Assembly: GCF_004010195.1 (NCBI RefSeq)
Contig: NC_057719.1
Location: 63,487,042 to 63,507,041 of the forward strand
Direction: 5' to 3'
DNA length: 20,000 bases
From: Chiloscyllium plagiosum
Taxonomy: Eukaryota
Shown here: one piece after another, positions 8,995-20,000 of the stretch
Layout of the letters: each line of letters begins with the position of its first letter
Position numbering within the stretch: position 1 is the stretch's first letter
Notes under the pieces: model-generated
The model's input: only the letters and a program-made list of their open reading frames with translations
The model's database searches: none
Told to the model about the DNA's origin: nothing
Made by a program: the position numbers and the translations under genes

Positions 8995-10790
8995 AATGTG
9001 CTTGTAGTTGTACAACACATTTAATGCAATGAAACATCTCAAAGCTCACAAGGCATTATTAAGCATAATATGGCACCAAGCTACATCAGGAGCTATCAGG
9101 GCAGATGATCAAACATTTGATCAAGAAATAAGGAGTGAAGTGAATTAGAGAGATGGAGAGATTTAGAGAGAGTACTCTAGAACTGAGGACCTAGAAGGTG
9201 CTGCTATCAATTAAAATTGAGGCTTGAATTAGAAGAGAAAAATACCTTAGAGGTTTGGGGTACTGCAGCAGATTATACAAATAGGGATGGACAACACCAT
9301 GGACGGATTTGCAAATAGGGAAAAAAAATTAAAGTCAAGCCTTGTTTTACTGGAAGTTACCTTTATTCAGCAAGCACAGGTATGATGGATGAATGGAGTT
9401 GGTGTGAGTCAGGACTACGGCAGCAGAGTTTTGGATAGCTTCAAAGTTGTAGAATGTAGAATCTAGGAGGCATGCAATGCATTGGACTAGTGAAGTCTTG
9501 AGGTAACAAAGGCACAGAAGAAGATTTTAGAAAATGCACTGTGGCAGAGTGGTATTGAGCGATATTAGTCACAGAAATAAACAATCTTAGCAGTGGCATG
9601 AATGTGTGGTCCCATGTTTTATTGGGACCAGGTATGGCACTAAGATTGTGAACCGTCTGGTTTAGGCAGTTGCAAGTCAGAGGAATGAGTTGTAATGGGG
9701 ACTGAAGACAATGGTTTCAGTCCTCTGTATTTAATTGGTGGAGATTTCTCCTGCTTCAAAATAAATGTTGGATAAACAAATACCAACTCAGGCATAGTGA
9801 AGGAGTCAAGAGAGGTGATGGTGTGGTAAACCACTGTCATCAAGGTTATGTTTCTAGGTGAAGTTGCTGGGGTGGAAATGTGCAGATGAGAAATAGAAAC
9901 ATGGACGGCCCTTGGCAGGAAGCAGAGGGCACCAGTGGTGAGTGTGGGGGGAGAAGCAATTTTACCTGAATCTCTGGCTGCAACTGAAGGGATAACACTG
10001 GAAGCAGGTAATTACTATTCAACCAAGCTGGAAAACAGTGGAGACAGGTTGGCGGAGGATGATGCAAACAATTGCCAAATATGTTGCATATATGTTCAAA
10101 AAGGTGGGCAGGGAAGTTTTTTTGTCACAGTCACCTAGAATATATTTGTGCCATAGGACAGATAGAAACCTGCTTGGAGGGATTCAGGTGTGGGATTCCA
10201 GGAAAGATGGGCAAGGGTTTGAGAGGGAACAACCCATTCAAGAACTTGGGAGAGGATAGGATTAATGGAGATGGTCGGTTGTTTACAAAGACAAAGGTTG
10301 GTCTGTTTAGAGGGTTGATTCTCATTTATTTAAAAGCAAGAATGGCAACCTGAGGAGAGTGAAGACTTCTCTGTCAACTAACGTAGGGAAATAAGTAGAG
10401 AATTTGGGTGGTCAGTAGTTCACTGGGAATAGGGTCATGGAAAAAGAAGGTATGTCTTAGGGAGAGGCATAAGGAAGGCATGAGGAGAGAGAAGAGAGAA
10501 ATTAGACAAAATTGCAAGTCTAGTGCTATGGCTTTCATGCAAATTTGGTTCAGTGGATGAGATGATGAAGTGGCAGAAGCAGCTGATGAGATGGTATCAG
10601 TTTCGATAATGAAATCCAGGAACACCTTGTATGTTCGAGGTGAGAATGAAGAGGAGAGGCATTTAAGAAATGCTTTGCAGCCAAGAAAAAAATCAAGGAT
10701 TACCTTTGCATCTAGTTTGAACCTGGAGGAGTGAGCAGATGAATGTAGAATCTTTACTGTCCACCAAGATGTGGCTGAATTTCCACTGTC
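8995..10790 (-). mobile_element. Old L2 LINE, about 1.8 kb of collinear ORF2 (RT and C-terminus)
   Basis: Minus-strand remnants in correct order: FLDFIIETDTISSAAS, ILSQVLEWVVPSQ..HL...ESLQAGF, QGPSMFLFLI (QGS.LGPLLFLI), decayed xxDD, CLNQTVHNL, AFVTSRLH*SNAL, IQNSAAVVLT, then an L2-like tail near 9000-9050. Boundaries approximate. Confidence 0.85.
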
Positions 10791-12659
10791 ATTTTAATGT
10801 TTCTGCTGTTATCACAGCAATATTTCATTAAACCTTGCAATAAATCTTGATCTTGGTTGGACATCCTAATGAAGTTATATCTTCATAATTCAAGCTTCAA
10901 ATAATATATTTGTGCTTTATAAGTTTTTTTAATTGGAATATATCATAAATATTTTTTCTGTAGGCTATAAATCTACACAATAACAAGTTTTTGCTACTTA
11001 CCCATGTAGAGTATATGTTACTAGTCTAATGCTGCTTGTCAGGTACATCAGTACTCTGCTATGTCTGTCAATGATCTGTTCATTAAGCATGACTGGTAGC
11101 TTGATTGTTCTTGATCCTTGATCAAAGTGTTGTTGTAGCAAATAGCTTTCTGCCCAAGATTCATTTGTGCTTTGTGATAGAGCCACTTATTTTACCCAAG
11201 CAAAATGATGTTTATTTCTTTTAGTTTACTAAGTTCAGCTGTACTGGGGTATAACATGGTTGCATTGCTGGTGAGGAATCCAGTATACATCATATCATGC
11301 CAGTGAGTTGGCTATTATTGCCCTGTTGGGGACAAGTAATGCCGACAGTTCTTGCAGGAAGATCTGCAGCATGACAATAGTGAGTGGGTGGTATGATGCA
11401 CTGAACAGCTCAGCTTATCATTAGGGTTGCTAAGCTACAGAGATCTTCTATTGGGTTATCATTTATTGCAGTTACAATATCTCAGTATTGCTGCCTACTA
11501 AACTCCTCTCCCTCTCTTCACCACCTCCCTCACCCTATTATTGCCAAACAGGCTACCACTTGATATAAGCCAACCATAAACTGTGTGTAGCAAGGGGTAT
11601 TTAGTTATTAGGGTTTTGAAAGTTTCCCTTGTTTTCGAGACAGCTCCAAATGTTTTTCATTCATACATTCAGGGCTGTTATTTATTACTCTGCCTACGCT
11701 CAAATTTAGATGACTTCTGCTTCTTATTAGTGAGGGTTTCAGTGATAAACAAATTGTATTGGAATCTGAGCCACACTTTTGTATAGACCAGAGAAAATCT
11801 AGCTTTGAGTTAGTGAATCTGATTTGAAGGGGTAGTATAGATACTGTCAGTAGCTACAAAGTTTCTGGGGCAAACAAGTGAAACCATCAGTTCCTGCCAA
11901 AGATAATTATCTACCCGCCTGGATGAGAACAGAGTGGGCTTGATGGTGATGGAATCAAACTTCACTTCTGAGCTTGCCAACAGTAACGTCAGGTCAGGTA
12001 ATGCAATGCCTATCACCCATCCAATGGTTCTTCAGCACAAATTTCCACCTTCAAATGAAATTGTAGAATGGTTGCAAATGAGAAAAAAGTTGACTTACCT
12101 GCAATAATTTACTCTACTTCACAGTTGAAAGTACAAAAACAAAATTTTTTGTGTATTTTGTACTTACTGATATTCAGCATTTATTACTGACAGGGTAACT
12201 ATTAAAACTATCAGCAGCAACCTTGGGATAGAAGTAGTTTCTGATTTGAAGAGCAACTCCTTGCAGAATCAGAAAGTTACACTTACCTATATTTTGGACA
12301 ATGGCTTGATGAGTCACACATGAACCCGTGGCACTTGTGGCCTGTAGACTGCCTGTTGAAAAAAATTCATCTATCTGCAAGCAGGTGCTATGGTCTTTCA
12401 TCAGTAAGCTTCCAGTTGCTGGTATTTGTCATGCGTCTTGGCTAACATCCACTACTGGTTAAACAGAACTTCCTCCAATTAAAAACTTGGACACCAAAAC
12501 CTTCAGCAACTAGCCAAGAATCCTATTCTCTAATCAGTAACTTCATGCATTTCGTTAGCCACTATATTACAGTGAGCTTGACCATCCACAGTCCTGACAT
12601 CTAATTTGAGCTGAGTTGAGCTGCTGGCCCCATTTCTTTCTCCATCATCAAGACTGACT

Positions 12660-12770
12660 ATAACATAGAATTTAGGAGCAGGAGTAGGCCATTTAGCCCT
12701 TCCAATCTGTTCTGTCATTAAATAAGATCACAACTGTTCTGGCTATGATTTCAACTTGACTTTCCTTTCT
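12660..12770 (-). mobile_element. CR1 LINE 3'-end fragment (different subfamily)
   Basis: 'aacatagaatttaggagcaggagtaggccatttagcccttc' is the reverse complement of a CR1 3' hairpin/tail (gggct.aatggcctactcctgctcct). Confidence 0.8.
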
Positions 12771-12849
12771 GCCCTGGCAAATTGCATAACTAGAGCTATT
12801 TTTATGATCTGAGCTAATGTTATTACCAGACAAGTCAGATATCACCTGT

Positions 12850-12998
12850 GGGAGATGAACATTGCTGACTGGCCAACATTTTATTGCCTATCCTTAGTTG
12901 TCATTGTGAAGGTGGTAGTGACTTGCCTTCTTGAAATGCTGATGTCTGCTTGCTGTAGGTTGACCCGTAATGCCTACAAGGAGGGAATTCCAGAACCT
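12850..12998 (-). mobile_element. Diverged LINE 3'-end fragment (common shark repeat)
   Basis: 'gctgactggccaacattttattgcctatccttagttgtcattgtgaaggtggtagtgacttgccttcttgaa' recognised as a decayed copy of an abundant elasmobranch LINE tail. Family assignment uncertain. Confidence 0.6.
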
Positions 12999-13699
12999 GG
13001 CTTGATAGATCTTGTTTTAATTTGTTTTGATTTTAATAAAATGATCTCACATTGACACAGACGTAGAAGTTTATTAACAAAAGAAATGAAGCTAAGGTAT
13101 AACAAATTTAGCCATCTACTTATCATACAAATTCAAATATTTTAAAAATGACAAGAGTAAAAGTATCATTTGAATAATCCCAGAGCACTCCTTTATAAAT
13201 TGAAAAGAAACAAAACAGCTCTTGTAAACTACACAAACACACCCCGGTACAGTACCCAAAACACTCTTTGTACAATACTCATACCTGGGACCTTGTACCT
13301 AATACCTTGGTGGATTTAATTCACTTTTTCATCTGATTTGAGAGATGGCTTCCTCCCAGAGACAATATAGACTTGCTTAAATGTACTCAGCTTTAGGTAG
13401 GGTCCTCAGGGTTTTGTCCTAGCACTTCTGGTCTGGGACGAACACTAACGCTACATTCTCGAGATCCTATTTCACGAGATATCCTTCCTGTCTCGCGGGT
13501 ACTGGTCGACACAGCCACCTTATTCCACAGATTTATTAGTACTACTCTGAACTCAAAGTAAAAACTGAAATGAAACATCTTCCTCTCTAAGCTATGGGTG
13601 TATACCTTTAATCTTAAGCAAAAAATTGTAGAAGTCTCTAAGAAACCTTTAAGGCTCCATAATTTACCTTGCCGGATGGCAAAACAATTTAAAGATTCT

Positions 13700-15050
13700 C
13701 AAAAGATTGCTACCAGTGTGCCAACTATCTCTGTAGTTAGATTTTTTTAAAATGCTTGGATCCATCAGATCCAGGGAATGTATCAACCCATTAGTTTCCA
13801 TAGTACTTTTTCTCTCATGATAGGTATTCTGTTTATTTCAATCACCTGTCCCACTGGGCCCTTTAATGGCATTTCAAAAATACTAAATTATCAATCTCCT
13901 CTAACATGAAGACTGATGTAAAGTATTTATGCAACAACTCTGCCATGTTCGGATTCCCATTATTATAAGTGGCCTCTGTTCACTTTGGCTGCTCTCTTCC
14001 ATTTTATATGTTTGAAGAGGCTCTTTTTTTTTTATAGGATTTACTACTTGGTTCTCATTGTTCATTTTCTTCCTCTGAATCGTTTTTGGTCATCGTTTGT
14101 TGGTTTTTGTAACTTTCCCAGTCCTCTGATTTTACTATTAAACTTTGCCACAATGTATTTTTTTTTTCCTTTCAATTTGTTACTAACCTTTCTTGGTTAG
14201 CCATTGATTGGTTTATCCCCTTCCTAGAATCCTCTTTCCTCATTGGAGTGAATCTATGCCGTGAGTTGTAAACAATTTTCTTAAACATCTGCCATTGTAT
14301 CTCAGACATCTTTTCTGCTAAACCCCTTGATCTAGCCGACTCTGCGTTCCACCCATTTAATTACCCTTATTTAAGTTTAGTACAGTTGTTCCCAAGTTAA
14401 GTTTGTCACTCAAATTGAATGTAAAATTCTACCATGTTATGGTCACTGTTCCCTAGGGAATGCCTTACTCCGAGCATTTATTAAACCTGCTTCATTACAT
14501 CTTACCGGTTCCAAGCATTCACAACATATTGTTACAGGAAACTGTTCCAAATATACTGTATCGATTTTTCCTGAAATCTATCTTTGCCAATTTGATTTTC
14601 CCAATCTACCTGAAGTTTAAAGTCACTCATGATTAGTGACTATCTTTTTTATGTGCCCTGATAATTTATTCTCTGTCTTACAGAACAGCTACTGTTCAGG
14701 AGCTTATAGAACACTCTCACCAGTGTTTTCATCTTCTAAGTATTTCTTAACTGTGCTAATATGGTTTCTGAATCATCCAATCCTTTCTTGCGATTGCACT
14801 TATTCCTCATTGTACTAACAACACGACCTCACGATCCTTCTCTTCCTGGCTTCCCTTTGAAGAAGTCATGTACCCCTGAATACTTAGTTCCAAACTTTGC
14901 TCACCTTGTAACCATGATGCTGTAATAGTTATGAAATTGCACTCATTGGGGTATTAATTCAGTTCATTTACCACAAATATATACTTATATCTAAATAAAG
15001 TTCCATTACTTTTGTCTTTTGACCACTTCGTTTTCTCATTTGACTTTCTT
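13700..15050 (-). mobile_element. Old CR1 LINE fragment: APE endonuclease and linker region
   Basis: Minus-strand remnants ITASWLQG (ITETWL), IMSDFKLQVDWENQIG (GDFN), LGNSDHNMV (SDH), SLFKHIKWKR, MAELLHKYFTSVF, PGSDG. Boundaries approximate. Confidence 0.85.
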
Positions 15051-15342
15051 CACTGCTGTTTTCTAATGCTTGGAGAATTTGGGAATCAAGTCTCTACTAG
15101 ACCCAAAGCAGATGTCAAACCGAGTTTAGAATGAAGAAATTATATATGAGATGTTTAAATGCATGGGCTATCCCAATTTTTGTTATTTCATACTGATCTT
15201 GTAAAGAGACTGCAACAGAAAGGAGACTTTTATTCTTCACAGTGGGGAGGTGTTATGATATTGGAAAATGTGGACTGTCAGATTTTAATTTCCATCATCT
15301 GATTTTTATCCCTGAGATCTATAATTGACTAAAATAGTCTTA

Positions 15343-15797
15343 AAAAGATTTACAAGGATGTTGCCAGGGTTGGAGGATTTGAGCTATAGGGAGAGGCTGA
15401 ATGGGCTGGTGCTGTTTTTCCTGGAATGACGGTGGCTGAGGGGTGATCTTATAGAGATTTATAAAATCATGGATAGGTTAAGTAGACAAGGTCTTTTCCT
15501 TGGTATGGGGGGAGTCCAGAACTAGAGGGCATAGGTTTAGGGTGAGTGGGGAAAGATATAAAAGGGATCTAAGGGTTAACTTTTTCAATCAGAGGGTGGT
15601 ATGTGTATAGCATGAGTTGCCAGTGGAAGTGGTGGAGACTGGTACAATTACAACATTTAAAAGACATCAGGATGGGTTTAGAGGGATATGGGCCAAGTAT
15701 TGGCAAATGGGATTAGATTAGGTTAGGATATCTAATCGGCATGGACAAGTTGGACCGAAGGGTCTGCTTCCGTGTTGTACATTTCTATGACTCCATG
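15343..15797 (+). mobile_element. CR1 LINE 3' fragment (5'-truncated)
   Basis: KRFTRMLPGLEDLSYRERL..L.LF.LE...LRGDLIEIYKIM...SRTRGHRFRV...RGNFF.QRVV, then 3' UTR 'ttggaccgaagggtctgcttccgtgttgta' and a ctatgactccatga tail. Confidence 0.95.
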
Positions 15798-16899
15798 AAA
15801 GAACAATTCTTGACCCATGATGGCTGCCATGATCACTTGACTCCAGATTGAGGCAAGTGGAATAAATGAAACCGCTGACACTAAAGTTACCATTTACCTA
15901 AAGACATTGAAACCAGGCAACTGAATGGGCACTCATATTTGTATGATAATTTACATGTTAGAAAATGAAACTCTTGCATGCTAGTTAGTCAGTTTGGAAA
16001 GGCAATGGATCCAGACTTGGGAATACACAAACATACCATATTTTCAATAGCTCTTTTTGAGCATGAGAGCAGAGAGAATAAAGAAAAAAAATTAGAACTG
16101 GAAGTTTTTTCCGTTCTCTCCCTTCTTTTTCCCTCAGCATCTCAAAAGCTACATCCAGCGATAAGCTAAATTGGGGAAACAACTATCCACCAAGAATCCA
16201 AAGATATTTACAAATTTCACTGCTGAAGCTGCCAATCAACAGTGAAAGAACTGTGGTTTTCAGGGTTAAAAATTGAGCACCTTATTTTAATTGTGTAGCC
16301 TTGCCCTTCCTCTCTGTACCAAATGCACACTCCCTTTTAAACTTAACACCTGTGGTTATGTGTGTGATTGCTGTTACATTTTTGGTATTTTACTTTTAGG
16401 GTCAGTAAGTAATAAAAGTCTTCTTTGTTTCCCTCAAGAAGATCTTATAATTGCCTCTTTTCTTTGGATCTAGTTAACTATATTTTAAACTGATATAAAT
16501 AAATAGTAACTCAAAAGAAATTAAAATGTTAGTCACGACTAACTGAGAGGATGTTAAAGAGAAGAGCCAAATTATCACTCCTGACCTGGTGATAGCATTT
16601 GTTTTCCATTGCTAACTTTCCAGACTTAACTCTCTAGTGGTCTAACACTTGCTTTTGTTACTCCTCTCCTGTGTAGATCCACTTACTATCTGTTTTACAT
16701 ATCTTGCTAGCCTTTCCTCAAACTCTACTTTTGCCCTTTTTCGGTTATTCTTTTCTTGTTCTTATAATGTGTCCAGTCTTTTGACCTGCCACTGATCATA
16801 CACAGATTTATGTAACATTTCTTTCAATTTTGTACTGTCCTTAAGTCTCTTATTTAGCAACTAATGATGGACCCTTATCAACAAATATGTTTTTCACTG

Positions 16900-17560
16900 A
16901 GAATTTACTGAGAATCATAAAATATCTTCTTAAAGGTCTAAGGTCCCAACCATCTTAGCTTTTTAACCTAGTTTCTCAGTTAACTTCTTCCTTAATCCTT
17001 TTATCATTGTCCTTATTTTGGTGTACAGGTTGAACTCAGCACCAATCATGTCTCTGTGGTCCCCTGGGACTATGGCAACTTTTGCTATTTAGATTTAAAA
17101 ACATTAATCTCAGACTCTCATTTCTCACATTTAAATTGAAAATGAAATTATGTGTCATTATATTGTTGTTGTCCGAGGCTCTTTAATATATGATTTGATT
17201 AATCCTGTCACTTTGCACATTACCAACTTTGTTTTGTCCGACCTTTTTGGGAATGTCCAAAACAAAACTTCTCTTTAATGGAAGCCCACTGTTTCAATTA
17301 CAGTTTTGCTTACTAATATTTCATTATGCTACCTCTGGGTTTGATCTGTTCTCACCCACATTTGCAAATATATTTTCTGGAAATTGTGAATTTCAAACTC
17401 CTAAATCTCAAAGTATTCAGCCATACCGTTTTAATCCCCTTTCGTGAAGTGTATGCTATTATTTTTGCTTTACCTCCCAAAATCTATGTTACATTGCCTC
17501 TGCTGCCTGCCCATTCTGTGAATTTATCATTCCTCCCTGAAGGCTTTTTACTATCCTGTT
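16900..17560 (-). mobile_element. Highly decayed CR1 endonuclease-region fragment
   Basis: Minus strand near 17130-17228 reads LVMCKVTGLIKSYIKEP...FHFQFKCE, similar to CR1 'LDLVLCNE.GLI..L.VKEPLG.SDHN.I.F.IQFE'. Extent uncertain. Confidence 0.5.
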
Positions 17561-17716
17561 TAGGTGTTTGTTAAAACGCCCACCATGTAGATATTTTTAC
17601 TATTTAAGTTGACCCTGACGTTTGGCCAAATATTAAAACTTTTTCTACTTACTACCTACTCACTACTAATGTCAAATGCACCTGGATAATAAACCTACTC
17701 AGTTGTTTAGCTCCTT

Positions 17717-17843
17717 AAAAACTGACAGAACTGCGGATGCTGTAAATTAGAAACAAAAATAGAAAAATCTGGAAAAGCTCAGCAAGTCTGGCAGCATCTG
17801 CAGACAGAAATCAGAGTTAGTTTTTCGGGTTGAGTGACCCTTC
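17717..17843 (-). mobile_element. PLE terminal-repeat fragment (third family), truncated inside its hammerhead motif
   Basis: Homologous to 19475-19600 (gc.gatgctg...ctggaaaagc.cagca.gtc.ggcagcatct). Minus strand keeps gaa-gggt-cactca-accc-GAAA. Possible 8-bp TSD ctccttaa (17711-17718) and ctctttaa (17843-17850). Confidence 0.75.
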
Positions 17844-19474
17844 TCTTTAAGCCTGCTCAGGATAATGAACATACGTTTTGGAACCAGTTCAATATCTCAC
17901 AATGACTACTTCAATATGTCACCCATAATTTACCCTGTTATTGACCTGAGAGACCGTCTGGTCTAAATATTCAATAGTGTTATGAATTATTAGGTTTTCA
18001 TTTTCCATAGAGAACTAGGAAAGAAAATCTTTTAAAAATTATTGTGTAGTTCACTGATACGGAGTACCACAAACAAGTGGAACACTGGATCATGGAGTAC
18101 TGGAGCTTTTAACCTTTGCTGGGGGGGATGCAAGTATGCAGGAATGAAACAAACCACACCAGAAAGTAGAAATAAAAACCTCCTGTTGTGTCCTCCTGTG
18201 TACCAGAAGACATGTGAGAGGTACTGCAGAAAAACTTGAACTAAGCATATTATTTCCTTTTTTTTTTCAAAGTGTTTTACACTTGCTTTGCAAACTTGCC
18301 TACACCAACTCACTGCCAGTCATATATGGTGAAAAATCATTAAGTCTCATCATTCTAACACAGTGTTAAATCAAAGCTTTCTTCAATGATAATACAGCAC
18401 TGTGGCTAAACGAGTTAACACCACTTCTCAGTATTCATAATCTATTAAGATCACACTGGTGAAGCTGTGGAGGATTTTAATGATGACTTTGTGTCCCTAT
18501 CAAACATGTTAATAGTGATAAATAGAACTAAACAAGCAATGTAGGTGGCACGTGGATTGAATCAAACTTGCACACAATAACATCAATGCCATTTCTTAGA
18601 AAAATGTGATTGAAGTGGGAGTACTCCAGGGAATTTCCAGCTGACTTCATAATGGATAAATTCTTGTCTTGAAATAATGCAAGAGGGGGAATTTAAATGT
18701 TCCTGAACTATTGTGTTCAACTATCCATATCAGTGATAAATATTAGTTTTTCTTTTCAAATTAAATTACAATCAAGATATTGAATTTAGAACCAAATGAT
18801 ATATCTTTCTATGCAGAGTAGAGAAGTAAGTGTATTATAGTGAAAAATTATGATGACAGTTTTCAATTATCATCTGAAGTTATTGTTTAGTTCTCTGGCT
18901 TCACTTAGTGTTTGGGGCATGGAAATAGAGCTTAAAGATATATAGACTGACAGGCATGGAGTCATGGAAACATAAATTCTTTTCCTAAAATAGGGTAGAT
19001 GAAGCTCATCAGAAAGTATAGCAACCATGCCTTGTGAAATGAAAATGCTTGAAGAAAAATCCTCTTGATCCTGGATTTCTGAAAATATTGTCTTCGTTGC
19101 TTTTCTTGATGTTAGTGATCCTGCCCTGAAGCGTGCTATCACAAGGGAAGCATCATTGTTAAGTCTTAAGTTTTATTTTCCCATTTTTGTTTCCCTAAAC
19201 AGGTATGAAAAGGGTGAATGGGATGAATTCAATTATTTCATATCAGTGATATAAAAACAGAACATCCATGTCAATTCACAGTCAGAAGAGAAAAGCAGAA
19301 GACATGATAAGTAAGGACAAATAGAGAAATATGAAAATTGTGGAATTCCTTGGTTCCACAATTTGCAATGCTACCCAGAAATCAGGAGACCCCATTGTTG
19401 AGCCCTGAATACTGCATGCATCTTTATATGCATATCATTTTTTGACATAGCATTGTACTAGACTTGGGTATTAG

Positions 19475-20000
19475 TTAGGAGAAAGTGAGGTCTGCAGATG
19501 CTGGAGATCAGACATGGAAATGTGTTGCTGGAAAAGCGCAGCAGGTCAGGCAGCATCTAGGGAACAGGAGAATCGACGTTTCGGGCATTAGCCCTTCTTC
19601 AGGAATGAGGAAAGTTGGTCCAGCAGGCTAAGATAAAAGATAGGGAGGAGGGACTTGGGGGAGGGGCGTCGGAAATGTGATAGGTGGAAAGAGGTCAAGG
19701 TGAGGGTGATAGGTCAGACTGGGGTGGGGGCGGAGAGGTCGGGAAGAAGATTGCAGGTTAGGAAGGCGGTGCTGAGTTCATGGGTTTGATGGATTTGATG
19801 GTGCTGAATTTGATGGATTTGACTGAGACAGGCTGGGGGAGGGGAAATGAGGAAACTGGTGAAAATCCAAGTTCATCCCTTGAGGTTGGAGGGTTCCTAG
19901 CCGGAAGATGAGGCATTCTTCCTCCAACCGTCGTTTCGCTGTGGTCTGACGAGGGAGGAGTCCAAAGACCTGCATATCCTTGGTGGAATGGGAGGGGGAA
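19475..20000 (-). mobile_element. Penelope-like element 3' end (GIY-YIG C-terminus plus terminal repeat), runs off the window
   Basis: ORF 19778-19975 (-) contains KRRLEEECLIFRLGTLQPQGMNLDF, the typical PLE endonuclease C-terminus (E..LI..L.TL.P.G.N). A pyrimidine-rich 3' region and a hammerhead-bearing terminal repeat follow. Confidence 0.9.
19573..19604 (-). ncRNA. Minimal type I hammerhead ribozyme motif, core intact
   Basis: Minus strand: tc-CTGAAGA-a-gggc-taat-gccc-GAAA-cg-TC-ga. CUGANGA box, 4-bp stem II, GAAA box, GUC triplet, palindromic ACGU in place of stem III. Stem I only about 2 bp. Confidence 0.75.

Noticed and set aside
18042..18239. ORF with a thrombospondin-type-1-like look (KWNTGSWST...CWGG...C...C)
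   Set aside because: It lacks the WS.CS..CG.G...R spacing without invoking frameshifts. The strong acceptor at 18010 leads to stops in all three frames and no good donor follows.
18870..19142. 90-aa minus-strand ORF in unique sequence
   Set aside because: No recognisable domain, non-ATG start and no convincing splice boundaries.
1..20000. Prokaryotic-type systems (CRISPR array, operon, retron, rRNA)
   Set aside because: No regularly spaced repeats or gene-dense structure. All RT and nuclease remnants belong to eukaryotic CR1, L2 or Penelope elements.

Overview
AT-rich, non-coding vertebrate DNA. The repeat repertoire (V-domain HE1-type SINEs, CR1/HER1-type LINEs, shark-type Penelope repeats) points to a shark or other elasmobranch genome, which is an inference. 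I see no intact protein-coding gene. The ORF track is mostly decayed retroelement fragments or chance frames. Roughly half of the window is transposable-element debris: several CR1 copies (one spanning an assembly gap), old L2 copies, a nested cluster of tRNA-derived SINEs, a 667-bp pogo/Tigger-like MITE with TIRs and TA target duplication, and four Penelope-like (PLE) fragments of apparently different families. Most notable: (i) every PLE fragment carries a minimal hammerhead-ribozyme motif, with an intact core at 19575-19602 (-); (ii) a PLE insertion with an inverted terminus, GIY-YIG remnant and 16-bp TSD; (iii) a candidate recursive splice site with a stop-containing RS-exon at 19203-19310; (iv) a candidate 66-nt minus-strand exon. 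Family names come from recalled motifs, not from a database search.
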